Below, in pieces: positions 16,632-25,112 of a stretch of 64,000 bases of DNA; the stretch's first letter is position 1, and the number at the start of each line of letters is the position of its first letter. This DNA is from a virus (Duplodnaviria > Caudoviricetes): positions 1 through 64,000 of the IMG/VR virus record IMGVR_UViG_3300036929_000011, one strand, 5' to 3'. Position numbers and translations under genes: made by a program. The notes beneath the pieces were generated by a model. The model was not told the DNA's origin and ran no database searches. It saw nothing but the letters and a program-made list of their open reading frames with translations.

Positions 16632-18571
16632 GAGTCCCTCCCGTCTTGCCAGTTCGGCGGCCCGGTCCATCGGGGCGGGGGTTCTTCGCCGTCTGGACTT
16701 CCGGCCGCCGCTTGCTCCGGATCGTCCTTCGTTACACCAGTGTACTGCATGATCTCTGCATTCCACTTCACCGCAGCAGCGCCCTTGGCTCCGTTTCGAT
16801 TCTTGCGCACGATCCACTTGTCGATGTGGTTCCTAAGCTCTTCCGGGGTGGCGTCGGCGTTCAGTTTTACGATCTCGCCATCGTCGTCGCGCGGCTGCAA
16901 ATAGGGGAAAATGATCAGATCTGCCATCGCCTCAATCTCTCCGCTGTCGCGCAGGTCTGAGGTTTCCGGCTCTCCTCCTCGCTTCGCCGCTTCCCTATTC
17001 AGTTGGGCCAGCAAGAGAACAGGAACACGTAGATCCTTCGCGAGCTGCTTCACCCGATGGCAGAAGCCAGCTACCTCGCGATTGCGATTCTGAGAACTCT
17101 CATCCGACCGGATGAGACCGAGGTAGTCGATTGCAATCAACCCTGTTGGCTTTCCGGATGCCTTGACCTTCTTCGCGTACCAGAGATGCGCCTGCTCTTC
17201 GAGCTTCGTAATTGACACCATCCGATCGTCCAACGTCAAGAGAAGCTTCTCCATCCTACCGTTCGCTGTGACGACATCGCTCCACCGCAAGCTTGCGTCG
17301 TCGAGCTTGATTTCGTCCGAGAACAGGTGGACCGCCGGCACTCCGGAATTCTTCGACAGGCATCGGATACCGATGTCGATCCGATCCATCTCCAGGGAGA
17401 AAAACAGGCTTGGGACTTCGTGCTGCGCATTGTGAATCAAGATGTCCAACGCTGCACTTGTTTTCCCAGATCCGGGCAAACCAGCTATGACGGTCACATA
17501 CCCGCGTCGCATCTTGTTGGTCATCCGATCAACCGACTTGATGCCGAAGCTGAGCGTGTTCTTGCTCCTTCCCTCCTTGCGGTCGATGATCTCTTGCATG
17601 ACCTGCGGAAAGAGATCTTCCGCATCTATGGGCCCGTCGTCGATTGCAAGCGACCGGTTGATGCAATCCATGACTGCGGCGATGCCATCCGCCGCGCGGA
17701 GATCGTTGAAGTCGCTCGCCCCCTCTGGTCGGTTTGCCGAGAACTCCGGAATCGCCACTACACCGCCAACCTCCCTCGCAGCTTTCTCGGCGGCAGTCTT
17801 TCCAGGATTCCCCTTGGTCGCGATATCGTCGTCGGCACAGATGACGAGCTTTGCTGTCGGATATTTCTCCCGAAGCGCGCGCGCTACTGCAGGCAAATTG
17901 CCACAGTCGAAAGCCACCGCCACGGCGTGACCGATCGCCTCGTGGATGCTGGCCGCGGTTGCGTAGCCTTCGGCAATGCATACGACCTCACCGGGTTCGC
18001 CAAGCATGAACCAGCATCCAGCTTTGCGTCCCCCTGCTAGGAACATCTTCCGGCCATTGGCATCGATGAATTCGAGCGAGTGGATCTTGCCCTGGGAGTC
18101 ACGGACGGGCACCACGAGCCGATCCTGATGCACCCGTAGACCATACGATTTGACCTGCTTCTTGCGCAGGTACGCGTGGTCGGAGCATTCCGTGGCATTG
18201 CTCCAAATCTCGTCAGCCCTGGCCGCAGCTTCCTGCCGAACCTTTCGCTCTTCCTCATCCCTGGCGGCCCGAGCAGCGTCCAATCTCCGCTTGTGTTCGG
18301 CGTTCTCGTCTGCCGAGATTCGTTTTAAGTCCACCGCGCAAAACGTCTGCCAGTCCTTTTTGTCGATCGTCCAATTCCCAAATGCACCGGACGGGATCCC
18401 GTCGGAGTGGTACACGTAGAAGCCATACTTGTTTCCTGGTCGCTTGCTGTCGAGATCGATTCGTACGAGCTTCCCTGACCCGTCGATGCTTCCAGGTGGC
18501 ACAAGCCCAGCTTCCCGAAGCTTCTCGCGAAATTCGTCCTCTGCCTTGAACGGGTCGATGTTCAGCGTCAT
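16628..18571 (-). CDS. Primase-helicase fusion (Toprim plus DnaB-like SF4 helicase)
   Basis: IAEGYATA and CADDD Toprim motifs; AGLPGSGKT Walker A, IAIDYLGL, LLAQLNRE, SDLRDSGEIEAMAD, KNRNG. Confidence 0.9.
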   Translation of the reverse strand: MTLNIDPFKAEDEFREKLREAGLVPPGSIDGSGKLVRIDLDSKRPGNKYGFYVYHSDGIPSGAFGNWTIDKKDWQTFCAVDLKRISADENAEHKRRLDAARAARDEEERKVRQEAAARADEIWSNATECSDHAYLRKKQVKSYGLRVHQDRLVVPVRDSQGKIHSLEFIDANGRKMFLAGGRKAGCWFMLGEPGEVVCIAEGYATAASIHEAIGHAVAVAFDCGNLPAVARALREKYPTAKLVICADDDIATKGNPGKTAAEKAAREVGGVVAIPEFSANRPEGASDFNDLRAADGIAAVMDCINRSLAIDDGPIDAEDLFPQVMQEIIDRKEGRSKNTLSFGIKSVDRMTNKMRRGYVTVIAGLPGSGKTSAALDILIHNAQHEVPSLFFSLEMDRIDIGIRCLSKNSGVPAVHLFSDEIKLDDASLRWSDVVTANGRMEKLLLTLDDRMVSITKLEEQAHLWYAKKVKASGKPTGLIAIDYLGLIRSDESSQNRNREVAGFCHRVKQLAKDLRVPVLLLAQLNREAAKRGGEPETSDLRDSGEIEAMADLIIFPYLQPRDDDGEIVKLNADATPEELRNHIDKWIVRKNRNGAKGAAAVKWNAEIMQYTGVTKDDPEQAAAGSPDGEEPPPRWTGPPNWQDGRDS

Positions 18572-19533
18572 ATGAACTTCACCGGTGTGGAGCGAGGCTT
18601 GGGTTTCTCCTCGCCGTTTCGATCCGAAACTCTAGGTTTGGGCGCGCACTCGTGGAGCTCTTCCCGCAGGTCTGGCCATCCACGCACGATGCACCCAAAC
18701 AAAAAACCGACCTTGACCATGTCCGGATGTGTCCATCCCTGAGCTCCATCCTTCACGTGCCGGCACGCCAGACGAATCGCCGGTTCTAGGTCTTTGCAAT
18801 CCTCCGGGGTCATGGAGGACAGCCACGATGCTGCCTTTTCGACGTCAGACGCCTGTGGCTGCGCAAATAGCTTCTTGGCCCCTCCGATGGTTTCAGCCCT
18901 GATCGCCAGGTACATCGAGACCACGTTGTAGGGCGTCGGTTTCCCGTACTCGTTGGCTGGTGGTACTACGTGCTCCGTACCACACAGATCGCGCGCGAGC
19001 TCTCTCTCTTGTTCCGGAGTCCCGGAGTCCCGGAGTCCCGGAGCGGCTTTGCCCGTACAATCGGGCGCCGAAGTGGGGGTAGACGCCGGTTTGCCTGGGC
19101 AATCGGGCGCCGAAGTGGGGGTAGACGCCGGTTTGCCTGGGCGTTGCCTGGGCATTGCCTGGGCATTTTCCTCATCCTCACCATATCGCTTCGCCGGTAC
19201 CCAGTTTGCCGGGGCAGGAAGTACGCTCTCTCGTTCGTGGTGGTCGGGACGCTGGTATCGGTGGAAGTGGGAAATCTGGATCAGCTTCCGTCCCTCATGA
19301 TCGACGTACCGAATCACGAACCCTCGTGATGCGAACATATCCAGCATGGACCCGACGTCGACGCTGTCACCTGGGAAGACCTGACCCTTGAGAAAGAGAG
19401 GCCGATCCTCAAGGCGTCCCTCCTTGTCCGCGTAGCACGGAAGGTAAGCCCATAGGACGCGGGCATCCATGGGAAGACTGGCCACGTCCTCATCCATGGG
19501 GGCGCGTGGGTGAATTGCTCGTATGCGGGCCAT
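18568..19533 (-). CDS. Phage replication initiator / replisome organiser
   Basis: N-terminus MARIRAIHP..ARVLWAYL..AD.EGRLEDRP..LK.QVFP; directly upstream of the helicase; internal repeats. Confidence 0.75.
   Translation of the reverse strand: MARIRAIHPRAPMDEDVASLPMDARVLWAYLPCYADKEGRLEDRPLFLKGQVFPGDSVDVGSMLDMFASRGFVIRYVDHEGRKLIQISHFHRYQRPDHHERESVLPAPANWVPAKRYGEDEENAQAMPRQRPGKPASTPTSAPDCPGKPASTPTSAPDCTGKAAPGLRDSGTPEQERELARDLCGTEHVVPPANEYGKPTPYNVVSMYLAIRAETIGGAKKLFAQPQASDVEKAASWLSSMTPEDCKDLEPAIRLACRHVKDGAQGWTHPDMVKVGFLFGCIVRGWPDLREELHECAPKPRVSDRNGEEKPKPRSTPVKFI
19014..19164. repeat. Iteron-like cluster in the initiator gene
   Basis: (CCGGAGTC)x3+ at 19014-19043; 42-bp tandem duplication 19058-19141; TTGCCTGGGC at 19091, 19133, 19144, 19155. 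Confidence 0.85.
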
Positions 19534-19536
19534 TCG

Positions 19537-19863
19537 TCAGCCCTCGAACTTTCTTAGGTGGCACAACCGCCAAAGTTCGTCCCAGTTGCGCACAGAGTGG
19601 GCTCGCTCGATCATCTGGCGCAGAGCGAACAACGTGGGCCCGCCGTCATCCTGCACCGCATGTTCTGCTTGATGGCATGGTTGGCAAAGCGTCTCAAGAT
19701 CGAAGTCTGGGCAATCCCATGGACGCAGGTGATAGCTTCGGTGGTGGACGACCAAAGTTGTTTCGCGGTCGCCGCAACGAATGCATTCGAAGGCGTCGCG
19801 CTGGAAGATCTCCAGTCGCTTGCGCTGCCACCGAGGATCCTGAAGGTCGGCCTGGTAGCTCAT
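19537..19863 (-). CDS. HNH endonuclease (short McrA-like), 108 aa
   Basis: DPRWQRKRLEIFQRD.FEC..CG...LVVHH..Y....LETLCQPCH..EH. Confidence 0.85.
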   Translation of the reverse strand: MSYQADLQDPRWQRKRLEIFQRDAFECIRCGDRETTLVVHHRSYHLRPWDCPDFDLETLCQPCHQAEHAVQDDGGPTLFALRQMIERAHSVRNWDELWRLCHLRKFEG

Positions 19864-20075
19864 GCTGCTTCCTCCTTGATTCTCGACGGCCGCGGAACCG
19901 CTCCCAGGACGCCCCCACAGCGCGGGCAGCGCGCGTGCATGGCGAGGTGGGCAGCTCGACACCTCCGGCACCAGCGCACGCCACCGGCGTCGTTGCAGAC
20001 GTCCGCTACTAGGGTAGCAAGAGCGTCCGTGCCGTGGTTACAGCGCCGCTTGGACTTACCGTCGCGCCGTTTCAT
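19860..20075 (-). CDS. Small Cys-rich protein
   Basis: GAGG SD; CRRC..CPRCGG. Confidence 0.55.
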   Translation of the reverse strand: MKRRDGKSKRRCNHGTDALATLVADVCNDAGGVRWCRRCRAAHLAMHARCPRCGGVLGAVPRPSRIKEEAA

Positions 20076-20093
20076 GGGGAGACCTCGCGGAGC

Positions 20094-20287
20094 CCCGACC
20101 CCACCGCCTGGTTTGGGTCAGGAGGGATTTCGCTGCTGCAGTTGGCGGCGGGGTCGGGAAAAGTCGTCACGCCATCAACCGTCGGGCTCGACCGCGCACC
20201 GTTCACACGCTCAGCACCCGAAAGTTGCTTTAGGACCACCGGGGGTGGGGTGCGTTCTGTGCGCGATCGATCTCGACGGTTGATGGC
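20094..20287 (-). ncRNA. Structured RNA/leader candidate with long stems
   Basis: 14-bp perfect IR 20171-20184/20274-20287, nested 12-bp stem, second 15-bp stem 20094-20108/20144-20158; G.U pairs work on the minus strand. Confidence 0.5.
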
Positions 20288-20367
20288 ATGCATGGTGATC
20301 CTAAAGCGGGGTCAAATCTACGCCACTCGCAGTGGCAAATAAAGGCCTTTCTGGTTGGGCGCGGCGG

Positions 20368-20580
20368 CTACGGCTTGACCCGTGCGAGGTCCTTCTTCAC
20401 GGCCCGCAAAACGGCTGACATGACCTTGACGTTGGCCGGGCGCACTTCCTCCCGGGCGGTCCGGAGCTCGGTTGCGATCTGGGCCTCGATGGCCTGCTTC
20501 CGGTATTGCAGGAGGGTCAGCTTCGATACGGCCGGGATGGCGGGAACGATGTGGGTGGGCTGGGGCGCGTAGTGTTTCAC
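20368..20580 (-). CDS. Hypothetical protein
   Basis: GGAG SD; GTGA coupling. Confidence 0.6.
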   Translation of the reverse strand: MKHYAPQPTHIVPAIPAVSKLTLLQYRKQAIEAQIATELRTAREEVRPANVKVMSAVLRAVKKDLARVKP

Positions 20581-21074
20581 GACGATTCTCCGGTGAGAGG
20601 TGGAAGGAGCCGCTGGCCTCCGACCTTGGCTTCCTGGATTGCCTGGTAGAGCGTCTGGCCACCGTTTCCGACAATGCAGGCCAGAAACTCTTGTTCGAAC
20701 ACCTGGGCTTGTTCCTCGTCGGTATCGGCGAGCTCCATCTTCATCTCGACCGCTTCGAACTTGGCCTTGATGATCAGCAGCATGCAGCGCCAGCGTCGCC
20801 GGTATTCCTGGTCCAGCCAGTCCTCAACCTGCGTAGGCGTTGGCTTCCTTCCGGGAGCGCGGCCGTCCCTGGCCTTCTCGATAGCCTCCTCTTTCGATGG
20901 CAGCGGAAGCTCGAACCTAATTTGGCGCCCGTGCGCGGAGAACTGAATCGCCGCCTTGCCCGGCATGGTGCCGTAGGTGAAAGCCGCTTCCCTTCCGCAA
21001 TGGCGTCGAATCGTCTGCTCGATCTCGGCGCGGGACTTCTCCTCTGACACCGTCGTACCTCGTGCATAGGTCAT
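20577..21074 (-). CDS. Conserved phage hypothetical protein
   Basis: YARGTTVS.EKSRAEIE...RRWRCMLLIIKAKFEAVE..FEQEFLA pattern. Confidence 0.75.
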   Translation of the reverse strand: MTYARGTTVSEEKSRAEIEQTIRRHCGREAAFTYGTMPGKAAIQFSAHGRQIRFELPLPSKEEAIEKARDGRAPGRKPTPTQVEDWLDQEYRRRWRCMLLIIKAKFEAVEMKMELADTDEEQAQVFEQEFLACIVGNGGQTLYQAIQEAKVGGQRLLPPLTGESS

Positions 21075-21502
21075 GGTCTCTCCATTGCAATCTCAAGCAC
21101 CTTGGCGGCGTAGGGCGTTGGTCGCTGGTCACATTTCCGCCGTTTCCCTTGGTAGATACCGAGGGCCGCTACCTCGCTGCCGTCGCATAGGTCGAGCAGC
21201 CTTCGCAGGTGGGACGCCGCGAGGTGGGCGTTGACGGCCGGCCTCCAGAGACCGCGCTTCTTCCTACCTCGGGCGGCGCTTCCGGTGGGAAGGATTTGCC
21301 AGGCCCCGAGCTCGCCCGCCTTGCCCACCTTGCGTGAGTCGCAGCCGGTCTCTACCCTCGCCACGGCGTCTAGGAGCTGAGGGCGAATGTGGTGCTCGGC
21401 GGACTCGCGAAGCACGTGATGGGCAAGCTTCGGGCAGGCGAGCCCCGGAGGGGAGACAGCGAAGAAGATGGATAGGATGGCGGCGGTCACGTTACCGTCC
21501 AC
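21071..21502 (-). CDS. Lytic transglycosylase (SLT) with N-terminal hydrophobic signal
   Basis: LLDAVARVET (catalytic Glu), GELGAWQILP, Y.G motif. Confidence 0.75.
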   Translation of the reverse strand: MDGNVTAAILSIFFAVSPPGLACPKLAHHVLRESAEHHIRPQLLDAVARVETGCDSRKVGKAGELGAWQILPTGSAARGRKKRGLWRPAVNAHLAASHLRRLLDLCDGSEVAALGIYQGKRRKCDQRPTPYAAKVLEIAMERP

Positions 21503-21753
21503 TCAATAGCCAGGGCCACGTAGCCATCCCCCAGCCCCTCGATCACCTGCGTGATGGTCCCGTGCACCTCGCGCCCCGTGTAGCCCTCGGTTTCGCTCTC
21601 CACCTCGGGATCCCACTCGTACATGACGACCAAGTCCCCCGCCTGGAAGTCCCGGTCGTTCTTGCGCAGGTTGAAGGGCATGAGACCGCGGGCGGTGGGC
21701 TCGAAGAACTGGGGCCAGCACTTCAGGTAATGACATTTCGCGCCGTCGTCCAT
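21487..21753 (-). CDS. DUF3850 / ASCH-like protein
   Basis: HYLKCWPQFF...LRKNDRDFQAGD....EW....YTGR...ITQV. Confidence 0.8.
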   Translation of the reverse strand: MDDGAKCHYLKCWPQFFEPTARGLMPFNLRKNDRDFQAGDLVVMYEWDPEVESETEGYTGREVHGTITQVIEGLGDGYVALAIEWTVT

Positions 21754-21768
21754 GGTGAGCCTCCGGTC

Positions 21769-22161
21769 CTATTGTTGATCTTTCCCGGCGGTTTTCTTCA
21801 GCAAAATGTGCCACGCCGCTTGCGTCTCCTCGATGCGGGCGTTCTGCCACTGGCGCAGCTCGGCGCCGGTCATCTCCCGGAACGGCCCGGCCTGGGAATG
21901 CAGGTCCCGGTGGGCCTGGGGGCAGAGAGGGATGCACGTGGAGTCGGGCGCCTTGAGACGCATGCCCGGCCTCTTACCGGCATGGTGAGCCTGGACCACT
22001 CCACGACAGCGGTGGGCAGGGGCGCAGCAGCAGAGCGTCTTCACCCACAGCATGTACTCGGTGTCGTGGGCCTTGCGGGCTCGGCGCTCCGGCGAGACCT
22101 GGCGCAACGGGGTCAAGCGGCGCAGGGGCGTGCGGGTGCGGAGAGGGGTTAGGCGCTTCAC
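21769..22161 (-). CDS. DUF968-like (HNHc/NinG-type) protein
   Basis: EYMLWVKTLCCC..AHH..GMRLKAPD..CIPLC..HRDLH. Confidence 0.7.
   Translation of the reverse strand: MKRLTPLRTRTPLRRLTPLRQVSPERRARKAHDTEYMLWVKTLCCCAPAHRCRGVVQAHHAGKRPGMRLKAPDSTCIPLCPQAHRDLHSQAGPFREMTGAELRQWQNARIEETQAAWHILLKKTAGKDQQ
21770..21795 (-). promoter_or_regulatory. Conserved bipartite motif copy 3
   Basis: AAAACC-GCCGGGAAA-GATCAACAATA; encodes the last codons and stop of the upstream gene. Confidence 0.75.
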
Positions 22162-22358
22162 AACCAGCCTTTCTTCGTTGCCAGCCATTCGGGAATGACC
22201 AGCTTGCCCTCTTCTCCGATTTCGCTGTCCTCCAAGATTTCGGTCTCATCGTCGAGCTGCGAGATGGGAATCCACACTTCCTCGCCGTCTTCGTCCTCGA
22301 CCAGAATAGCGGCGTCGGTTTTGCGCTTCAGAGTGACTGGGATGGCGAATGTGCTCAT
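22158..22358 (-). CDS. Small acidic conserved phage protein
   Basis: TDAAILV..GEEVWIPISQL..IPEWLA.KKG. Confidence 0.75.
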   Translation of the reverse strand: MSTFAIPVTLKRKTDAAILVEDEDGEEVWIPISQLDDETEILEDSEIGEEGKLVIPEWLATKKGWL

Positions 22359-22540
22359 GGCACCGCCTCGCCTTCAGCAACCGTGTGTCGCCGGCACGCG
22401 TAGCAGTACAGCCAGTGTGTCTTCAGGTCTTCCAGTTGGGGAGCTTTGGTGGGGTCGTCGAGGTCCAGAATAGCGAGTTCGTCCCCTCCACATTCTGGGC
22501 ACAGCGGCCATCCGTCGCTCCTCCAGCGATAGGGCTTCAA
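22355..22540 (-). CDS. Zn-ribbon protein, 61 aa
   Basis: TTGA coupling; DGWPLCPECGGDEL..CYAC. Confidence 0.55.
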   Translation of the reverse strand: MKPYRWRSDGWPLCPECGGDELAILDLDDPTKAPQLEDLKTHWLYCYACRRHTVAEGEAVP

Positions 22541-22890
22541 CGCGCCGCCCTCCTTGCAGGCCCTTCCTTCAGCAGCCGCTCCTCGCTCCGCTTCCGCTGT
22601 TCTGCCGTCATGTTGCGGAACTTCCAGTTCCCGATGGAGAACTTTTTCGGGATGGGCTCGGTGCCGTCGCGAAGGCCCAGCATGCGGTCTTTCGTGCACT
22701 TCGAGCACTCGGGGTCCTGCTTGCACGGGCAAGTCTGTCTGGCTCGGTAGCGCGCGAGCTTGGCCTGGCACCCTTCGCACCGCGGGTCGAAGGTCTTGGG
22801 GATTCCGTAGGCCAAGCCGCCATGACAGGATGTGCACAAATTGGCCTTCATCCCACGATGGACTCGGCCAGGGTAGGAAAGCTTCGGCAT
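22537..22890 (-). CDS. Cys-rich hypothetical protein, 117 aa
   Basis: Coupled; four CxxC-like pairs. Confidence 0.55.
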   Translation of the reverse strand: MPKLSYPGRVHRGMKANLCTSCHGGLAYGIPKTFDPRCEGCQAKLARYRARQTCPCKQDPECSKCTKDRMLGLRDGTEPIPKKFSIGNWKFRNMTAEQRKRSEERLLKEGPARRAAR

Positions 22891-23141
22891 CACCTGACCT
22901 TCCTTTTCGCGTCGGCCATCATGCGGGCGTGCGGAGGGCAGTAGCAAAGGTCCGGCCCGCCCGAGACCGCGTGCTGGTCACATAGCTTGGCATCGCACGT
23001 TTCCTTCTCACCCTTGCGCAGCACCGGGTAGTCGCACAGCTGCGTGTGGCGGTTGAGACACCCTGGGACCGAGCACTTAGGCTTGTCTCTGGTGCAGACA
23101 ATCGCCGTCACTCCGCCAATCGTAATTGGGATGCACGGCAT
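22890..23141 (-). CDS. Cys-rich small protein
   Basis: CS..GC...LCDYP..TCDAKLC..H..CPPH. Confidence 0.65.
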   Translation of the reverse strand: MPCIPITIGGVTAIVCTRDKPKCSVPGCLNRHTQLCDYPVLRKGEKETCDAKLCDQHAVSGGPDLCYCPPHARMMADAKRKVR

Positions 23142-23143
23142 GG

Positions 23144-24718
23144 CTACGCCGCCTTCCCGCCGTTAGCAAACGAGTAGGCGTCCACAATTTGTAGTGGGCC
23201 ATCTGAAACGACGGTAGCGAACAACACCCAACCGCCCTCCAGGCACATCCGCACGAAGGCTGGCTGTTCGGCCGGCGAGATGGCTTCCATTCCGTCGACC
23301 GTGAGAATCTTTGCCTTGCCGGCCATGCGCTTGACCAGGGCCACCGCGAACTTCAATCGCTCCGAACCGCTCAGCACCGTGAGGTTCTTCTTGTCTAGGT
23401 AGACGGCGTCCGGGGTGACCTCCAGGCCAGGGATCATGTCGGAATGAGCGGCGAGCTCGGAGGGGGCCTCCTTGGATAGACGCTTGATGATGCGATCCAG
23501 CTTCTCCCACTCCTCGTCGACGGTCTTCTGGGTGGCCTCGGCCGCGAGCAGCTCCTGCTTGGCCGCGCGCCACTTGGCAGCGGCTTCCGCCCGCACCACG
23601 ACCGCCTCAGCTTCGACCTTGGCGGCCTCGGCTGCGATGGTCTGCTCCGCGAGAGCCGGCATGTCCTCGTCTCCCGCGATGGCCGCTTCCAGGGTGTTGG
23701 CCTGGTTGATAGCGGCGTCCGCCTGGTCGAGCAAATCGCAGGCGACCTTCTGGCGATCGCGATAGCCGTCGAGGTCTGTGACAGCCTTTGCCAGACGCAG
23801 CTTCGCCTCGTCGAACGCCCTGAGCGCCGCCAGGTGCTCGCTGTTGAGCGCTGCGAATTCGCCCTCGGTCGGCCTGACCGACTCTGGCCTTCCCATTATC
23901 TCCTCGGCGTGGGCCCTCAGCTCTGCCACCTTCGCCCGCGTTCCTTCGCTCTCGGACACGCGACGGTCCGCCTGCCGCCGCCGATCCAGCAGCACCGCCA
24001 GGTCCCGCTCTGCCGCCGCCACGTGGGTGCGGGCCGCCTCCGGGGTCATGGGCTCGGGATTGTCGACCCGCAGGCCGTGGCCATTGGCCGCCGCCGTCTT
24101 CATCACCACCGCGGCCTTGGCCTGGTCCGATGCCTGGCCGGCCGTCTTGCGCTTCGCCTCGTACATCTCACGCACGCGGGTCAGCACCTCCTGGCCGTGG
24201 CCCTCGGTGTTCCACTCCTGCGCGGTCTCGCACCACCGGTTGAGGTCTTCGCCGGTCACGGTGACCGGGTTGGCCTCCATGATGAGCTGGCGCAGTTTCT
24301 TGGCATCGTTGATGACCTTGTACACCTCCAGGGGGTCGAGACGTCGGCCCGAGAACATCGCATCGATCTGTTCCTTCGGCCGCGGGATGGGGACGCCGTC
24401 CGATCCCAGTAGCTCCAGCTCGCCCTTGCCCTTGCGCTTGATGGTCCGCTTGAGCTGCATCGCCGTCCGGCGGGCCTGCTCGACCTTCACCATGTCCAGC
24501 ACCACGCCGCCGTTCGGGGCGTCGAACCGCAGTGCCTCGGGGCCAATGCCTTCCGCCTCCACCGCGGCGCGAATGCCAAATAGAAAGCTCGACTTGCCGG
24601 TAGCTTCCTTGCCCTTGAAGATCGTCCCGCCAGGGCCGACCTCAACATCGACTTGGTCCCAGCCTCGGAAGTGGTTCAAGCGCAAGCGGGTAATTTGGAT
24701 CTCGGGTTCGTTCGCCAT
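23144..24718 (-). CDS. SbcC/Rad50-like ABC ATPase with coiled coil
   Basis: LRLNHFRG, Walker A GKEATGKSS, signature LSGSER, Walker B ILTVDGME. Alternative coupled start at 24787. Confidence 0.8.
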   Translation of the reverse strand: MANEPEIQITRLRLNHFRGWDQVDVEVGPGGTIFKGKEATGKSSFLFGIRAAVEAEGIGPEALRFDAPNGGVVLDMVKVEQARRTAMQLKRTIKRKGKGELELLGSDGVPIPRPKEQIDAMFSGRRLDPLEVYKVINDAKKLRQLIMEANPVTVTGEDLNRWCETAQEWNTEGHGQEVLTRVREMYEAKRKTAGQASDQAKAAVVMKTAAANGHGLRVDNPEPMTPEAARTHVAAAERDLAVLLDRRRQADRRVSESEGTRAKVAELRAHAEEIMGRPESVRPTEGEFAALNSEHLAALRAFDEAKLRLAKAVTDLDGYRDRQKVACDLLDQADAAINQANTLEAAIAGDEDMPALAEQTIAAEAAKVEAEAVVVRAEAAAKWRAAKQELLAAEATQKTVDEEWEKLDRIIKRLSKEAPSELAAHSDMIPGLEVTPDAVYLDKKNLTVLSGSERLKFAVALVKRMAGKAKILTVDGMEAISPAEQPAFVRMCLEGGWVLFATVVSDGPLQIVDAYSFANGGKAA

Positions 24719-24786
24719 GGTTCGGGTCTCCTCGGGTTGAGTCAGGTCCAGTAGTTGGTCGTTCAGGTAAATTCGGACGATGGTCA

Positions 24787-25062
24787 TCAGGCGCTGTTGC
24801 CGACGAAGAAGTGGAAGATCAAGGCGCCATCCTGCAGCTGAACGGTCGACACATAACGGCCCGCTCTTGCCGCTTCGTCTGCTGGGTGCCCGGTTCCATG
24901 CATCCAGACTGGGTAGAGCATGTTTTTCGCTTCCGTTTCCACCATCGCCCACAAACACGGCTCTCCGTACTGGAGTTGCACCGTAAGTGCCTTCGCTCCG
25001 ACCGGCATCTGCACTTCCTGACGGTCAGCTATCGTCAGCGGAAACTTCCAGATCGATTTCAT
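24787..25062 (-). CDS. DUF7352-like small phage protein
   Basis: MKSIWKFPL...MP.GA..LTVQLQ.G.PCLWAMV...GTGH. Confidence 0.7.
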   Translation of the reverse strand: MKSIWKFPLTIADRQEVQMPVGAKALTVQLQYGEPCLWAMVETEAKNMLYPVWMHGTGHPADEAARAGRYVSTVQLQDGALIFHFFVGNSA

Positions 25063-25081
25063 GGTTGGGGTCCTCCAGATC

Positions 25082-25107
25082 TATTGTTGATCGGTCGTCC
25101 GCGTTTT
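25082..25107 (-). promoter_or_regulatory. Conserved bipartite motif copy 4
   Basis: AAAACG-CGGACGACC-GATCAACAATA, upstream of GGAGG SD. Confidence 0.75.
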
Positions 25108-25112
25108 CGGCA

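Noticed and set aside
19014-19164. Repeats as a CRISPR array
   Set aside because: No unique spacers, inside a CDS, and no cas operon (the Cas4-like nuclease sits in a recombination module).
20100-20230. TPP- or cobalamin-riboswitch-like words (GGGTGCTGAG, CCTGA, CCGCCAACTG)
   Set aside because: The conserved core spacing and junction sequences of those aptamers are missing.
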